A stretch of 64,000 bases of DNA, from positions 1-64,000 of the forward strand of contig JAHQWW010000004.1 in assembly GCA_029856365.1 (NCBI GenBank). Reading direction: 5' to 3'. The notes under the pieces are model-generated. The model was not told the DNA's origin and made no database searches. It worked only from the letters and a program-made list of their open reading frames with translations. Made by a program: the position numbers and the translations under genes. The DNA is from Candidatus Hodarchaeota archaeon. GTDB lineage: Archaea; Asgardarchaeota; Heimdallarchaeia; Hodarchaeales; Hodarchaeaceae. Each line of letters opens with the position of its first letter. Position 1 is the stretch's first letter. This document shows, piece after piece, positions 10,277-21,114 of this stretch.

Positions 10277-11494
10277 TTGTTTGGGTTTGATATATTGAGA
10301 ATTGGTATCTTTTCTGACAGCTGGGTTCCTAATTTAAACGGGGTCGTCATTAGTATCATAAATGAAATTCAAAGCTTGCGAACTAAACATGATTTTGTGG
10401 TCTTTGTTCCTAAATTAAAACAGATCAAATCCTTCAAAATGGATGGTATTCCGATCTATGAATTGAAAAGTTTTCCTTTTCCAGCATACCCAGGATATAA
10501 TATCGCCTTACCAACTCCATTATTAACAAAAGCTCTTCGAAAAGAAAAATTTGACCTAATTCATTGTCATAGCCCCTTTTCCTTAGGATATGGAGCTATA
10601 TTAACCGCTCGTGTTTTTTACAATCTTCCTTTATTAAATACTTATCATACAGACTTAGTTGAATATTCAGGTCATTTACTTGGTGGATTTCAGGCAGAAA
10701 GATTTACCCCTTGGTTTCGGCGTTTTGCTTGGATTTATATACGGTGGTTTTACAAATATTCAAATGTAGTAATTACCCCATCAAAGACGCTTCAACAAGC
10801 CTTGAAGTCTAATGGAGTTAAACCCCCTGTTTATGCTTTACCAAATATGATTTCAAATGTTTTTTTCATGAACAAAAGAAATATACATGAAGAAGAGAAG
10901 TTCCAAAATCAAATTCGCAAAAATTCGGGGATTAAAGCACATCATCGAATTATTCTCTACTGTGGAAGGATTTCTTATGAAAAAAAATTGGAAGTAATGT
11001 TAAGAGCCTTTAAAAGAATTGAAAAGTTATTTCCAAACGCATATCTATTAATTGTGGGAGATGGTCCAGACCTTAAAATGTATTCTAAACAAGCTATAAC
11101 TCTCAAGCTAAAGAATTGCGCTTTTACAGGATTCATTAGCCATACAAAATTACCTTACATCTATAGAATGGGAGAATTCATGGTTACGCCAAGTGATACT
11201 GAAACCCAAGGCCTTACAGTGATTGAAGCTATGAGTCAACGACTCCCAGTGATAGGAGTCGCCAGAGGAGGAGTTTTGGATTATATTAAAAACGGTGAAA
11301 ATGGCCTTCTCGTCCCTCCTGGGGATTCAGAAGCCTTTGCTCAAGCTATCAAAAAATTATTGGAAAATCCCGAAATTGTTTCTGAATATTCTGGAAAAGC
11401 ATTTGAAACTGCACAAAAATGTTCAGCTACAGGATTTATATCCCTTTTGGAGAAAGCATTTCATCTTACAATGAAACTTCATGAATCTCCATAA
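10277..11494 (+). CDS. GT4 glycosyltransferase, monoglucosyl-diacylglycerol synthase (LafA/MGS)-like
   Basis: RIGIFSDSWVPNLNGV, HSPFSLG, TYHT, GRISYEK, ETQGLTVIEAM. Confidence 0.88.
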   Translation: MFGFDILRIGIFSDSWVPNLNGVVISIINEIQSLRTKHDFVVFVPKLKQIKSFKMDGIPIYELKSFPFPAYPGYNIALPTPLLTKALRKEKFDLIHCHSPFSLGYGAILTARVFYNLPLLNTYHTDLVEYSGHLLGGFQAERFTPWFRRFAWIYIRWFYKYSNVVITPSKTLQQALKSNGVKPPVYALPNMISNVFFMNKRNIHEEEKFQNQIRKNSGIKAHHRIILYCGRISYEKKLEVMLRAFKRIEKLFPNAYLLIVGDGPDLKMYSKQAITLKLKNCAFTGFISHTKLPYIYRMGEFMVTPSDTETQGLTVIEAMSQRLPVIGVARGGVLDYIKNGENGLLVPPGDSEAFAQAIKKLLENPEIVSEYSGKAFETAQKCSATGFISLLEKAFHLTMKLHESP

Positions 11495-11586
11495 AAAGCA
11501 ATTATTCTTACTTTGAACAATGAGGTTTTTATCTTTCTTATAGATAACACAATATTCACAATCTATTATCTTACTTAAAATAAATT

Positions 11587-12048
11587 ATGGTGATACTCAT
11601 GGCTTTACAACAGATAAATGTAGATGACATAACAACTTTAATTCTAATAATCATTGCAATTATCTTGGTAGCTATTATCCTATATATTGGTACCAGATTG
11701 ATTGTAGGTAAGAAAGAAACTGAAACTGGATATATTCTTCGGTTATTACTGGTTTCTTTAGTGATTGTATTACTTGTAGCGGTAATTATTGGAGCAGTTA
11801 TCGGTGGAATTGGCCAATTGGATCCTTTCGATCCGCCCATTTTTGCAGGAGCAGCAGCACAACTTATACCAATCCTAGTCTATCTTGCCATTGTTTTTCT
11901 GATTAAGTACATTTTAATTCCTGAACGTGGCGAGATAGAAAAATGGAATGCCAGTATTTGGATTGGGGTTATCACTCTCTTCCTCATTTACCTCTTTAAC
12001 ATTATAACAACACAATTTTTCCAGACTCCAATAATTCATGGGGTTTAG
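11587..12048 (+). CDS. Hypothetical 4-TM membrane protein
   Basis: Four long hydrophobic segments. Confidence 0.8.
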   Translation: MVILMALQQINVDDITTLILIIIAIILVAIILYIGTRLIVGKKETETGYILRLLLVSLVIVLLVAVIIGAVIGGIGQLDPFDPPIFAGAAAQLIPILVYLAIVFLIKYILIPERGEIEKWNASIWIGVITLFLIYLFNIITTQFFQTPIIHGV

Positions 12049-12306
12049 AAGAGGATATTATTTCCCTAATCTTTTTTTCTTTTTATATTAGTTTTTTCAA
12101 GTGAGCTAAACTCAATAATTAGTTATTTAATATCCCTAAAGAGTATTATCTAATACGGCATATTATATAAAAATCAAACAACTTTACAATAATTCACTTA
12201 TACATGAACTTGGAAAAAGCTAAAGACTTATTGTTATAAATTAAGAATACTAAGCTATTTAACCAGAGAAAGATGAACAGTTTTGTTGTGCCAGAGGCTT
12301 GGTTAA

Positions 12307-13107
12307 ATGAGAAAAAGACCCATAAAATCGTCACGACACCCTTTAGGTCGGTTAAAATCATTAATTGTGATTTCTGATTGGATTTCCTTTATTGATGAGA
12401 CTAAAAAAAGTTGGCTTTATAAAAATCAAACTGTTCAATCTTTGAATAACGCCAGTGTGATCTTCATTCCCGTTGATTTTTCACGTTTAATTTATAATGC
12501 TAGTTCATACATTTTGCTTTATGGAGCGGGAATCTATTGGACCAAATTTGCTGTGAGTAAACAAACAATCACCACAGATACCCGCTATATTACTGGTATT
12601 GTTATTCCAGAGGAAAAATGGCTTGATAACCATTTTAATACTGAACCTTTTGTTTTTCCTCCACCATACGATTTCATGATTGTGAGCGATTTCTTACAAG
12701 AATTTTCTTTTAGTGCGTTAAGAACACAAGAAGAATCGACAGGTTATACCCGTAGAGCCTTTGGCCGAGGAGTCATTCTAACACAGCTGGTTTTCCCTTT
12801 TAAGGAACCATTAGTTAGGCTAAGGAAAACCACAGAAAGGTACGAGGAATTTGATTCACCGACTGCTCCCATGCGAATTCTTATTTCTGAATTTGCTGGT
12901 GGTAAAATAATTAATGAGATTACTCTTGAATCCTCCAATAAGCATTATGAAGAGACCATCCCTGGAATTAGGAAAATTTCTCCTAATCTTCTTCAGATAT
13001 TTCCAGAGAAATGGTCCAATGAAGTTTATCTTAATGGATTACGACGTGAGATTGCAATTATTTCTAAAGATTTTGCATTTATTGGTGCTCCAATGATCCT
13101 AAAATAA
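12307..13107 (+). CDS. Hypothetical protein
   Basis: 266-aa ORF with no recognised motif. Confidence 0.7.
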   Translation: MRKRPIKSSRHPLGRLKSLIVISDWISFIDETKKSWLYKNQTVQSLNNASVIFIPVDFSRLIYNASSYILLYGAGIYWTKFAVSKQTITTDTRYITGIVIPEEKWLDNHFNTEPFVFPPPYDFMIVSDFLQEFSFSALRTQEESTGYTRRAFGRGVILTQLVFPFKEPLVRLRKTTERYEEFDSPTAPMRILISEFAGGKIINEITLESSNKHYEETIPGIRKISPNLLQIFPEKWSNEVYLNGLRREIAIISKDFAFIGAPMILK

Positions 13108-13258
13108 AATTTCTTTTTTGATCTCCATCTGTTCCAAGATCTTTCTTTTTTCTATTTATATGTCTTTGAGAAAATCAGATCTACTTTAGCAAAGTTTTAT
13201 ATTAATAGCTGTGAATGATTCCATTGATTTGAAAAAATCATATTTACAGTGAGTAAAA

Positions 13259-13594
13259 ATGTCTGATGTCTGGACTGAAGACCAAGCTGACTTGTTAAAA
13301 TATAGCTTACGTAACGTTTTTGCAACTACCAAGAACATTCCAAGATATAAGTCTAATAAATTCTTCATTGCTACACCTTTCAATCAGGGTTATAGACAAT
13401 TTAACATTGAGGGGAATAGCTTAGAAGATATGGTTTTTAAGGCGACTGAAATTTTAAAAACCAAGAATATCAGTCGAGTCAACCTAGAAACAGCTGATGG
13501 TTTTCCTATACTGACGATTTACTTAGAAGCAGGGCCTACAGTAATTATCGATGATATTGTAAGTAATAAGCCAATTTGTAATATTCTTCTTTAA
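13259..13594 (+). CDS. Hypothetical protein
   Basis: 111-aa ATG ORF with globular composition. Confidence 0.65.
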   Translation: MSDVWTEDQADLLKYSLRNVFATTKNIPRYKSNKFFIATPFNQGYRQFNIEGNSLEDMVFKATEILKTKNISRVNLETADGFPILTIYLEAGPTVIIDDIVSNKPICNILL

Positions 13595-13632
13595 AACCCT
13601 TTCAGTTCCTAACTATTTAATGTTTGTAATAA

Positions 13633-14124
13633 CTAAGTTAGTTTTAACCTAATTAGGTCAGTATTAACTGACTTTACATGGTCAAATTGCTCGAAACCTA
13701 ACTTGTAATAGAATTGAAGTGCATTTTTATTATTATGTTGAACTCCTAATTCAATGAATTCTTTTCCCTCCTTGCGGCTTTCATTAATTAAATAATTCAT
13801 GACCCTCTGTCCAATATTACGCCGTTGATACTCTGATTGAAGAACAATGGCCGTAATCCATATAGAATTTACCTCTTCATTAAACCAAATATAACCCACG
13901 GAATCCCCCTGGACTTCAATAACAAAAATTTTATGAGAATGAACAGGAGTTTCTCTGATAAACATTTTAATATCTTCAAACCAACTTTCCCAATTCCCTG
14001 GATAAATACTGTCCATTTCTATGTGTGAAACCTTCCTGATAAAATCAAGATCAGAAAATTTGGCTCGACGTAGAATTATAAGAGGATCAAATGAAAGGTT
14101 AATAATGGGTAGGCCGATCATCAT
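13633..14124 (-). CDS. GNAT family N-acetyltransferase
   Basis: YQRRNIGQ acetyl-CoA loop; NKNALQFYYKLGF. Confidence 0.92.
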   Translation of the reverse strand: MMIGLPIINLSFDPLIILRRAKFSDLDFIRKVSHIEMDSIYPGNWESWFEDIKMFIRETPVHSHKIFVIEVQGDSVGYIWFNEEVNSIWITAIVLQSEYQRRNIGQRVMNYLINESRKEGKEFIELGVQHNNKNALQFYYKLGFEQFDHVKSVNTDLIRLKLT

Positions 14125-14258
14125 TTCATTCTCTTTTATTTTTTGTAAGATTCAATAAATGTAACTGGACTTAAAAGCCTTCTATTGTTTCTTATTAACA
14201 AAAGCCAAAAAAAGAAAAAAGTTTTTCCAATTGCCCCGATTCTGCCTTCTGGAAGTAT

Positions 14259-15296
14259 GTGCTGTTTCATATGAAAGTTAACTTCATTCTTGACTTAGAG
14301 AGAAGCCTGATTGGTAGTGGTGTGTATAGTTCAGCTACCAGACTAGCTGATAAATTAATAGAATATGGGATTAACACTGATGTGAATGGAAAAAACCACC
14401 CATATGATATCTATCACTTTCAAACTTCTCTTCCACAATCCTTATGGAAAGCAAAAATCCTCAAACGAAGGAAACGAAAATATCAAATTGTAATGACTGG
14501 CCACACCACTATTGAAGATTTTCGCGATAGTTTTATTTTTTCAAATCGAATTGACTTTGCTTTGATTCCATATTTGACAAAATTTTATTCCTATGCTGAT
14601 TACCTTATTGCAGTAAGCGATTACAATCGTGATATTCTTCTTCGGTATGGATACAACCCCTCTCGAATTCAAGTAATCTCTAATGGTATTGATCTCTCAA
14701 TAAATCGTAAGGATCCTGGCTTAAGAATTAAGACACGAGACCATCTTGGAATTTCTGATGAACAGCTTCTTGTTATCACAGTCGGGTTGTGTATTTATCG
14801 TAAAGCACCAGATATATTTGCAGAGGTTGCGATTTCGTCTCCAGAACATCAGTTCTTTTGGATAGGAAAATACCTAGCCCTTGGTACAATAGCGCATTCA
14901 TCTTTCCTTCGCGAGAAATTTCGTGCGGCCAGAAAGACGAATAATCTTAGATTTACTGGATATGTGACACGATTAACACTGGAAGCCCTTTGGAATGCAG
15001 CTGATGTTTTTCTATATGTTAGTCGTGAAGAAAACCAAGGAATTGCGCTTCTTGAAAGTATTGCTTATGGAAAAGTGCCTGTAGTTCGTGATCACCCAGT
15101 ATTTAACTGGTTAACATCTGATGTGAATTGTCTCAAAGGAAAAACAGTAGAGGACTTCTCAAAACAAATACATCGTCTTGCCTCAGATCAAGGCCTTATG
15201 AAAAACTTACAATTACATGGTGAAGTTATTTTAAAAAGTCATGACATTAATGCATCTGTGAAAAAACTCGCCAATCTCTATACAGAAATTGTTTAA
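14259..15296 (+). CDS. GT4 glycosyltransferase, diglycosyl-diacylglycerol synthase (CpoA/LafB/DGS)-like
   Basis: SGV, GHTTIEDFRDSFIFSN, FYSYAD, RK, EENQGIALLES. Confidence 0.85.
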   Translation: MLFHMKVNFILDLERSLIGSGVYSSATRLADKLIEYGINTDVNGKNHPYDIYHFQTSLPQSLWKAKILKRRKRKYQIVMTGHTTIEDFRDSFIFSNRIDFALIPYLTKFYSYADYLIAVSDYNRDILLRYGYNPSRIQVISNGIDLSINRKDPGLRIKTRDHLGISDEQLLVITVGLCIYRKAPDIFAEVAISSPEHQFFWIGKYLALGTIAHSSFLREKFRAARKTNNLRFTGYVTRLTLEALWNAADVFLYVSREENQGIALLESIAYGKVPVVRDHPVFNWLTSDVNCLKGKTVEDFSKQIHRLASDQGLMKNLQLHGEVILKSHDINASVKKLANLYTEIV

Positions 15297-15355
15297 TTTA
15301 ATATAACACCTTGTGCCCATTTCAAGAGAATTTGGTAGTAACGACAAAATTGAAG

Positions 15356-18226
15356 CTATTTCATTGATTTATTTGCCCAATACAACACAGCAATGACCCC
15401 AACGCTTGCAAGAATGAAAAATAGTAATCCACCAAAGCTGATAGTTGTATCTAAAGATGTTTGCTCATCTCTTGGAGTCTCTGGGCGCTCTGTGACCCGA
15501 TAAGTTATTGTTCCTAAAGCTTCAGCTCGGCTAACAATGAAAATTTCAATTGTGTAGTTTTTTGCTGTAATCTCAAGTTTTACATCCAGATCAATCTTGT
15601 ATACGCCTTCTTCTTCATAAATGATTAAGTTTCCATAGGATTGATTTCCAGTCTCAATACCCATTAGATCCAGTCCTCCAATTCTTTTTCCTGTTTCATT
15701 GCTAAGGCAAACTGAGAAATTAATTGTTTTTTGTCCTCCTTGTTGAATTTCGGGAAATAGTTTTGGGGGAATAACTACAAGAGACCCTTTAACCTCAATT
15801 AAATGCGTTATGTTAAGCTCTTCTTGATCTTGAATCCCGAGTTTATATGGAGTATTCCAACGAATTCTAAAAGCATATGTTCCAGCAAGAAGGCTTGGAT
15901 TCACAGGATCTAGCCAAAGTACCGTTTTCCCAATAAAATGGTAATGAAATTGCTGTGAAATTTCTATTTCATCTGGAGTTTGATCCCGATTATCCAAAAA
16001 GATAGTCAATTCCAAATCTTTCATTGGAATAGAAAGGTTTGATGAGATTGTGCGATTAGAAAAAACTGTTTCCAAGGTATCAAAGTAATTCAAGAATTCT
16101 AGAGTAATATTTCCAGCTAGATAATCCGTTAGGTAGTAACTTGTTGCTGGTAAATTTTTATCGACAATATCAATTTTAAACTTGACAGGAGGAAGATCTA
16201 ATGGGATAGTTAAGGTCAATGGTTCTCCACCCACGCCATCAGGTGTTATATTAGTACCAGTAAGAGTGATGGTAAGATTAGCTGACAAATTTCCATATAT
16301 ACCTCGGTCTGGTATTTTAAAATTAAGAGCCATGGTGCTTTCATTGTCATTGGGAGAAGAGAAATTACCATCTAAAATGGTCTCTCCGTTCTTATCAAAG
16401 GGTATAAATCCAAATATTTCCCAAGTGATGTTTTCTCGGGATTTCCAATTACTATTCCAACGGTATTCTACATAAGAAGAACCAATTTGAAGATATTTCA
16501 AACTATACCATTCACTTTTGGTTGAATTGGCCTCAAGAAACCCTAACAGTGTCACATTGTCACCAGGTGAAATTGCTTGAATATCAGTTTCCTGTTCGAA
16601 ATATTCAGTGAAAACAGAATCATTACCTATAGTTTTGTTAGTGGACCCTCGAAGAAGATAGATATCTCGTACAACATAATTCATTTGTTCTTCGATAATA
16701 AAGGAGATATTAATCGTTTTAGTATCGAGGTATTCTGCTTCGGAATCTATTTGGTGAATTTTAAAAACAAATATCCACGACCCGAAATATACCTGGTGAG
16801 TTGGTAAGAGAACTTTGATCGTAGCTTGACATTCGGATGGTGTGGTTGCATTTTCAGGATCTTCAACTTCAACATTATAAGAGCTAGATAACTCTTCACG
16901 AAAACCACGGTGGAACCAGGTAGAATTTATTTTTCCATCAAATTTTGCCTCAGAATTTGTAATTGGGTCATGTTTCGGATCTGCAACCAGATTAACTGCG
17001 AAATTATCTATTAACCAATATGAGGTAGCGTTATTTTTAAAAGAATTATCATCTGGTAGTATAAACCTAAAGGTTTTAGAAATATTTTTCCCGATCTCTA
17101 CCTCGCGGAAACTGGCATTTTCCCATTCATGCGTTCCTACAGTAAGTGGTTCCTCCTTCCATTTATTATCTTTACCATAATAAGAAAATATGAGTGCTGG
17201 TGGTACTTCATAAAGATAACAATCATCAACCCAACCAGTATATCGGTCGTCATCACCGTCATCTCGGCCTCGGAACATAAAATGTAGCTTTGTGGTGTTT
17301 TTAGGTATTTCCCAACTCAGAGTTGTGGTGACATATCCTTTTTCATCGTGTATAGCGTCCCTCGAGTCCGCTGAAGTTTTTTCCCCAAGAAAATGATCTG
17401 TTGAATTATAAGCTTCAATCTTTAGATTCCAATAGTTATCGTTTGTAACTCCGGTGGCTTTTGCAGAGAATATAAACTTACGATTTATATTTCCACCTGC
17501 AATGCTCACATTTTGTTCTAATAAATAACCTTCAGTACTATTGATATCTAAATAATAACTTCCTTCTGAGGCATTCTTGGGATCATCAACGGATTGAACG
17601 TATGAACTGTTGAAAAACCAATCAGAAGTAATTCCTCCTTCAAACCCAGGATTTAGAAGTATATTTTGGCCTTGAGAAAAATAATCGAATGAAATCATGT
17701 ATTTATCAGGATTCAATATTGAAGTATTGTAGAAGACTTCAACATCATCTTTGTCATCATCAGCGACCTCAGTTAAATTCAAATAACCTGAAGTTGCCTC
17801 AATAGAATGGAAACTTTCATTTGTCCAATCTGGAATAGCTGGGTCATTGAAAAAGCGATCATCAAAGATATCTTGGAAAATACTGTAGAAATCAAAAGCA
17901 ACCTCGCCAATAGGCGATTCAAGCTGCCATTCAAGCGACCCATTCATTTCATCAGTGGAGCTTTCAATGGATATTGCAGCCCATTCACCAGGAGCATAAC
18001 TTTCTTTATCTGTTGTTAGAGTAGTCTTCCCTGAGGTGATCTCAGAGCCTATTTTCGATTGAGGAGCTTGATTCGAGGATATACTGCTCATATCGGCTCC
18101 ATTTTGAACCACTTGATCTGATAATTCATAGAAAGTTGAGAGGTCAGCTAATAAGAAAACAGCACAAACATTCATAACAAGCAACATTATGAAACTTAAA
18201 GGCATTATATAATGAAATAATTTCAT
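15356..18226 (-). CDS. Large cell-surface (glyco)protein with CBM-like domain and C-terminal TM anchor
   Basis: Signal/TM after the Met at 18226 (ORF track extends to 18370); NILLNPGFE CBM4/9-like motif; many N-x-S/T sequons; C-terminal TM plus basic tail. Confidence 0.8.
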   Translation of the reverse strand: MKLFHYIMPLSFIMLLVMNVCAVFLLADLSTFYELSDQVVQNGADMSSISSNQAPQSKIGSEITSGKTTLTTDKESYAPGEWAAISIESSTDEMNGSLEWQLESPIGEVAFDFYSIFQDIFDDRFFNDPAIPDWTNESFHSIEATSGYLNLTEVADDDKDDVEVFYNTSILNPDKYMISFDYFSQGQNILLNPGFEGGITSDWFFNSSYVQSVDDPKNASEGSYYLDINSTEGYLLEQNVSIAGGNINRKFIFSAKATGVTNDNYWNLKIEAYNSTDHFLGEKTSADSRDAIHDEKGYVTTTLSWEIPKNTTKLHFMFRGRDDGDDDRYTGWVDDCYLYEVPPALIFSYYGKDNKWKEEPLTVGTHEWENASFREVEIGKNISKTFRFILPDDNSFKNNATSYWLIDNFAVNLVADPKHDPITNSEAKFDGKINSTWFHRGFREELSSSYNVEVEDPENATTPSECQATIKVLLPTHQVYFGSWIFVFKIHQIDSEAEYLDTKTINISFIIEEQMNYVVRDIYLLRGSTNKTIGNDSVFTEYFEQETDIQAISPGDNVTLLGFLEANSTKSEWYSLKYLQIGSSYVEYRWNSNWKSRENITWEIFGFIPFDKNGETILDGNFSSPNDNESTMALNFKIPDRGIYGNLSANLTITLTGTNITPDGVGGEPLTLTIPLDLPPVKFKIDIVDKNLPATSYYLTDYLAGNITLEFLNYFDTLETVFSNRTISSNLSIPMKDLELTIFLDNRDQTPDEIEISQQFHYHFIGKTVLWLDPVNPSLLAGTYAFRIRWNTPYKLGIQDQEELNITHLIEVKGSLVVIPPKLFPEIQQGGQKTINFSVCLSNETGKRIGGLDLMGIETGNQSYGNLIIYEEEGVYKIDLDVKLEITAKNYTIEIFIVSRAEALGTITYRVTERPETPRDEQTSLDTTISFGGLLFFILASVGVIAVLYWANKSMK

Positions 18227-18427
18227 TGGTTTCACCGTACTCTGATGTTTCAGATTGTTTCTCGAATCACTGGAAAAAATTCTCCTCACAGGAGGATTCA
18301 GCCAGAAAACTCCTAAGATTAGTCTAAATGGAGTAGTTTGTCTTTGTTTTTTTAAGTTTGCTTTTATCAATCAAAGATGAGTTAAACTTAAGTTTAGTAA
18401 CACTATTAATAATTTGGAAAGAATAAT

Positions 18428-20344
18428 ATGACAGAGCTTAGAGAGGAACTCAATCGAATAATAAAACGAGGTAAGCAAGCCCTATCGGACAGTGACCTCG
18501 ATCTTGCGATACACTCTTTCGAAAGGGCTGCTCAAATTGCTAGTGAGGTTTCATTAAATAGCATAATTGGAATTTCTTACTCTTATATGGCTTTAGCTTT
18601 CGCTAAGAAAGGACATTCAGAAGTAGCACTTGAACATATCAATACTGCAACTGAATTTTTTCCTATAACTCCAGTAAACCCATTAGCATACACTTCCGTA
18701 TTATTAGGACTAGGTATTGAATTTCAAAAAATCGAGTTATATGAGTGTTCTATCATTATCTTGAAGAACGCTCTTACAATGGCTAAAAGTAAGACAATAA
18801 AGGTTGACTTAGAAGCTATTTCAATAGTAGCTCGCAATCTGGCTTTCTCTTATAGTAAGATTGGAAATTATCTATCTTCTGCAAAATTATTTAGAATTGC
18901 TGCAGATCTAGAAGACGAACCTCAAATTGCTATTAATCTTTACAGAAATTCTGCTTATCTTTATTATCAGGAAGAAATGAAAGAATATACTCTGGATATT
19001 TTACAAACAGCTTTTGACAAAGCAGGTATTCTTAAGGACATCAATAATCAAATAGAAATCGCTCATTTTCAAGGATTGGTATCATATGAGATTGCTGTAA
19101 GCTTTCTCCAAAGAGGTTATCTGGAGAAGGTAATCGCATACCTAGATCTCTGTATTGATAAATTTACCTTTACTGAAAATTCTTTTTGGATAATTAAAAC
19201 ACTCTATGAAAAATCGATGATATTTGAGAGTATGGGGAAGATTTGGCAACGAAATAAAGTGCTAAAAAAGATTATTCAATTCAAAATTAACAATAAAAAC
19301 GAAGAATATATTATCAAAGCCATCCTCCTCTTGACAATCCATGCATTGGAAGGGGGATATTATTCTGAAGCTGAATATTACATTCACCAAGTTTCGAAAC
19401 GGAAAATAGAAAGTTTAAAACCTAAACTTAGTCGAAAAATTCAAGAAATTCAAGAAATACTCGAATTATCTCGTAAAAGGGGACTATTACAAGCTGATCT
19501 ACGTTTTTCTCGCAAAGCCCTTGATCTTCCAATCGAAGAGTTATTGCCTGAAACAAAAATACCATCTCAGGATACCACTCTAAAACAAAAAGAACTAAGC
19601 AGCGTAGAAATACCCAAACTAGAGATTTCAGCTCTAAAACCATCATTATCAACTAAATTGAAACCACCTTCCATTGAAGCTCTTCAAGAGTTATTTGACT
19701 CTTCGGAAGAAGCGCCTATATCCCCAACTGACCAAGAACAACTTGTTATTGAGACAAAAGAACCTATAATGGATGAAGAACCACAACAATCAGAGAGTGT
19801 AATGACTTCCGCCCAAACATATCGACATGACCTAGAAAAAGCAATAGCATTAGAAAGACTATTTAAAGCACACCAGTTACCTCAAGAGTCTTCAATTCCT
19901 CCTTCTCCTGTCACATCAGCGTCTACACATGAATCTATTGAGATTGAATACACAGCTCCTAGCCTTCAAATGACTGAATCAGTTGAGAATGTCACTCAAG
20001 ATACTGATTTCGCTATTTCAGCAGTTTTACATGATAAAAATGTTCGTACAGAAGTAGTTGGACGTTTACAGAAAGCAGGTTGGGCAGTTGAACTAAATTT
20101 TACAAATCTTATAGGAAGAGGGTCAGAACCAGATATAATTGCAACAAAAGGATTGATTCGGAAAAGTCGGAAGTTAATTTTTATTGCAGAAAATCCTGCG
20201 GATGCCGAAATTTGTTCATTTTTACTTCAATCAAACCCAGAAAGGGGTGAAAAAATAGTTTTTTTAATTAATGGTGACCCTAGAGAAGCTAATATTTCAG
20301 TGATGGTTAAATTAGCTACCCAGATTGATCAGCTCTTTCAATAA
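18428..20344 (+). CDS. TPR/SNAP-like helical protein with disordered linker and C-terminal restriction-endonuclease-like (PD-(D/E)XK-fold) domain
   Basis: N-terminal TPR-like helices; P/S/E-rich linker; RLQKAGWAVELN…EPDIIATKG. Confidence 0.65.
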   Translation: MTELREELNRIIKRGKQALSDSDLDLAIHSFERAAQIASEVSLNSIIGISYSYMALAFAKKGHSEVALEHINTATEFFPITPVNPLAYTSVLLGLGIEFQKIELYECSIIILKNALTMAKSKTIKVDLEAISIVARNLAFSYSKIGNYLSSAKLFRIAADLEDEPQIAINLYRNSAYLYYQEEMKEYTLDILQTAFDKAGILKDINNQIEIAHFQGLVSYEIAVSFLQRGYLEKVIAYLDLCIDKFTFTENSFWIIKTLYEKSMIFESMGKIWQRNKVLKKIIQFKINNKNEEYIIKAILLLTIHALEGGYYSEAEYYIHQVSKRKIESLKPKLSRKIQEIQEILELSRKRGLLQADLRFSRKALDLPIEELLPETKIPSQDTTLKQKELSSVEIPKLEISALKPSLSTKLKPPSIEALQELFDSSEEAPISPTDQEQLVIETKEPIMDEEPQQSESVMTSAQTYRHDLEKAIALERLFKAHQLPQESSIPPSPVTSASTHESIEIEYTAPSLQMTESVENVTQDTDFAISAVLHDKNVRTEVVGRLQKAGWAVELNFTNLIGRGSEPDIIATKGLIRKSRKLIFIAENPADAEICSFLLQSNPERGEKIVFLINGDPREANISVMVKLATQIDQLFQ

Positions 20345-20448
20345 AGGAATAATTGCTGTTGAATCAAATCTCAGAATATTAAAAAGCAACAAGAAAAGTA
20401 TAAATTCACATTTCACAATTAAATATTCATTGCAAAGAAAATTAGCTC

Positions 20449-21099
20449 TTAAAGATGAAATTTTTCAGCTAAAAGTGTTGAAACCTTTTGTTTCATCTCA
20501 GAAATTGATCCATCACTTATTAAGGTTTCTAAAATCTTTTGTTGTTTATAAAACTCAATGAGAGGTTTTGTTTCGATTTCATATGTATTTATTCTCTGTT
20601 TCACAGTCTCCTCTGTGTCATCTGTTCTTTGATATAAATGACCAGAACACTTGTCACACATTCCATATTCCTTTGGAGGACTGTATTTTATATGAAAAAT
20701 TGCTCCACATTTTTTACAGGTTCGACGGCCAGTAATCCGTTCGATTAGTAGTATATAGTCAACTTCAATATTAATGACCAAATCTATGTTAGTGATTTTC
20801 TTTAGGTCTTGAGCTTGAGTTAAATTTCGAGGATACCCATCTATTATAAATCCGTTTTTGCAATCTTTTTGATTCAGTCTTTCCTTAAGAAGTTGCAATA
20901 CTATATCGTCAGGTACTAGTTTTCCTGTATTCATGAATTCTTTTGCTTTCAAACCTATTTCCGTACCATTTTTAACAGCACTTCGTAAAAGATCTCCAGT
21001 GCTAATCTGTGGAATATTATGTTCTTCCATTATAAATCTTGCTTGTGTCCCTTTTCCTGAACCAGGAGCACCTAGCATTATTAATTTCATGGAAACCAT
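20449..21099 (-). CDS. adk: Adenylate kinase (long, Zn-binding LID form)
   Basis: GAPGSGKGTQ, STGDLLR, DGYPR, CKKC…CDKC, QRTDD. Confidence 0.97.
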   Translation of the reverse strand: MVSMKLIMLGAPGSGKGTQARFIMEEHNIPQISTGDLLRSAVKNGTEIGLKAKEFMNTGKLVPDDIVLQLLKERLNQKDCKNGFIIDGYPRNLTQAQDLKKITNIDLVINIEVDYILLIERITGRRTCKKCGAIFHIKYSPPKEYGMCDKCSGHLYQRTDDTEETVKQRINTYEIETKPLIEFYKQQKILETLISDGSISEMKQKVSTLLAEKFHL

Positions 21100-21114
21100 T
21101 CTCCAGTTCCCTCC

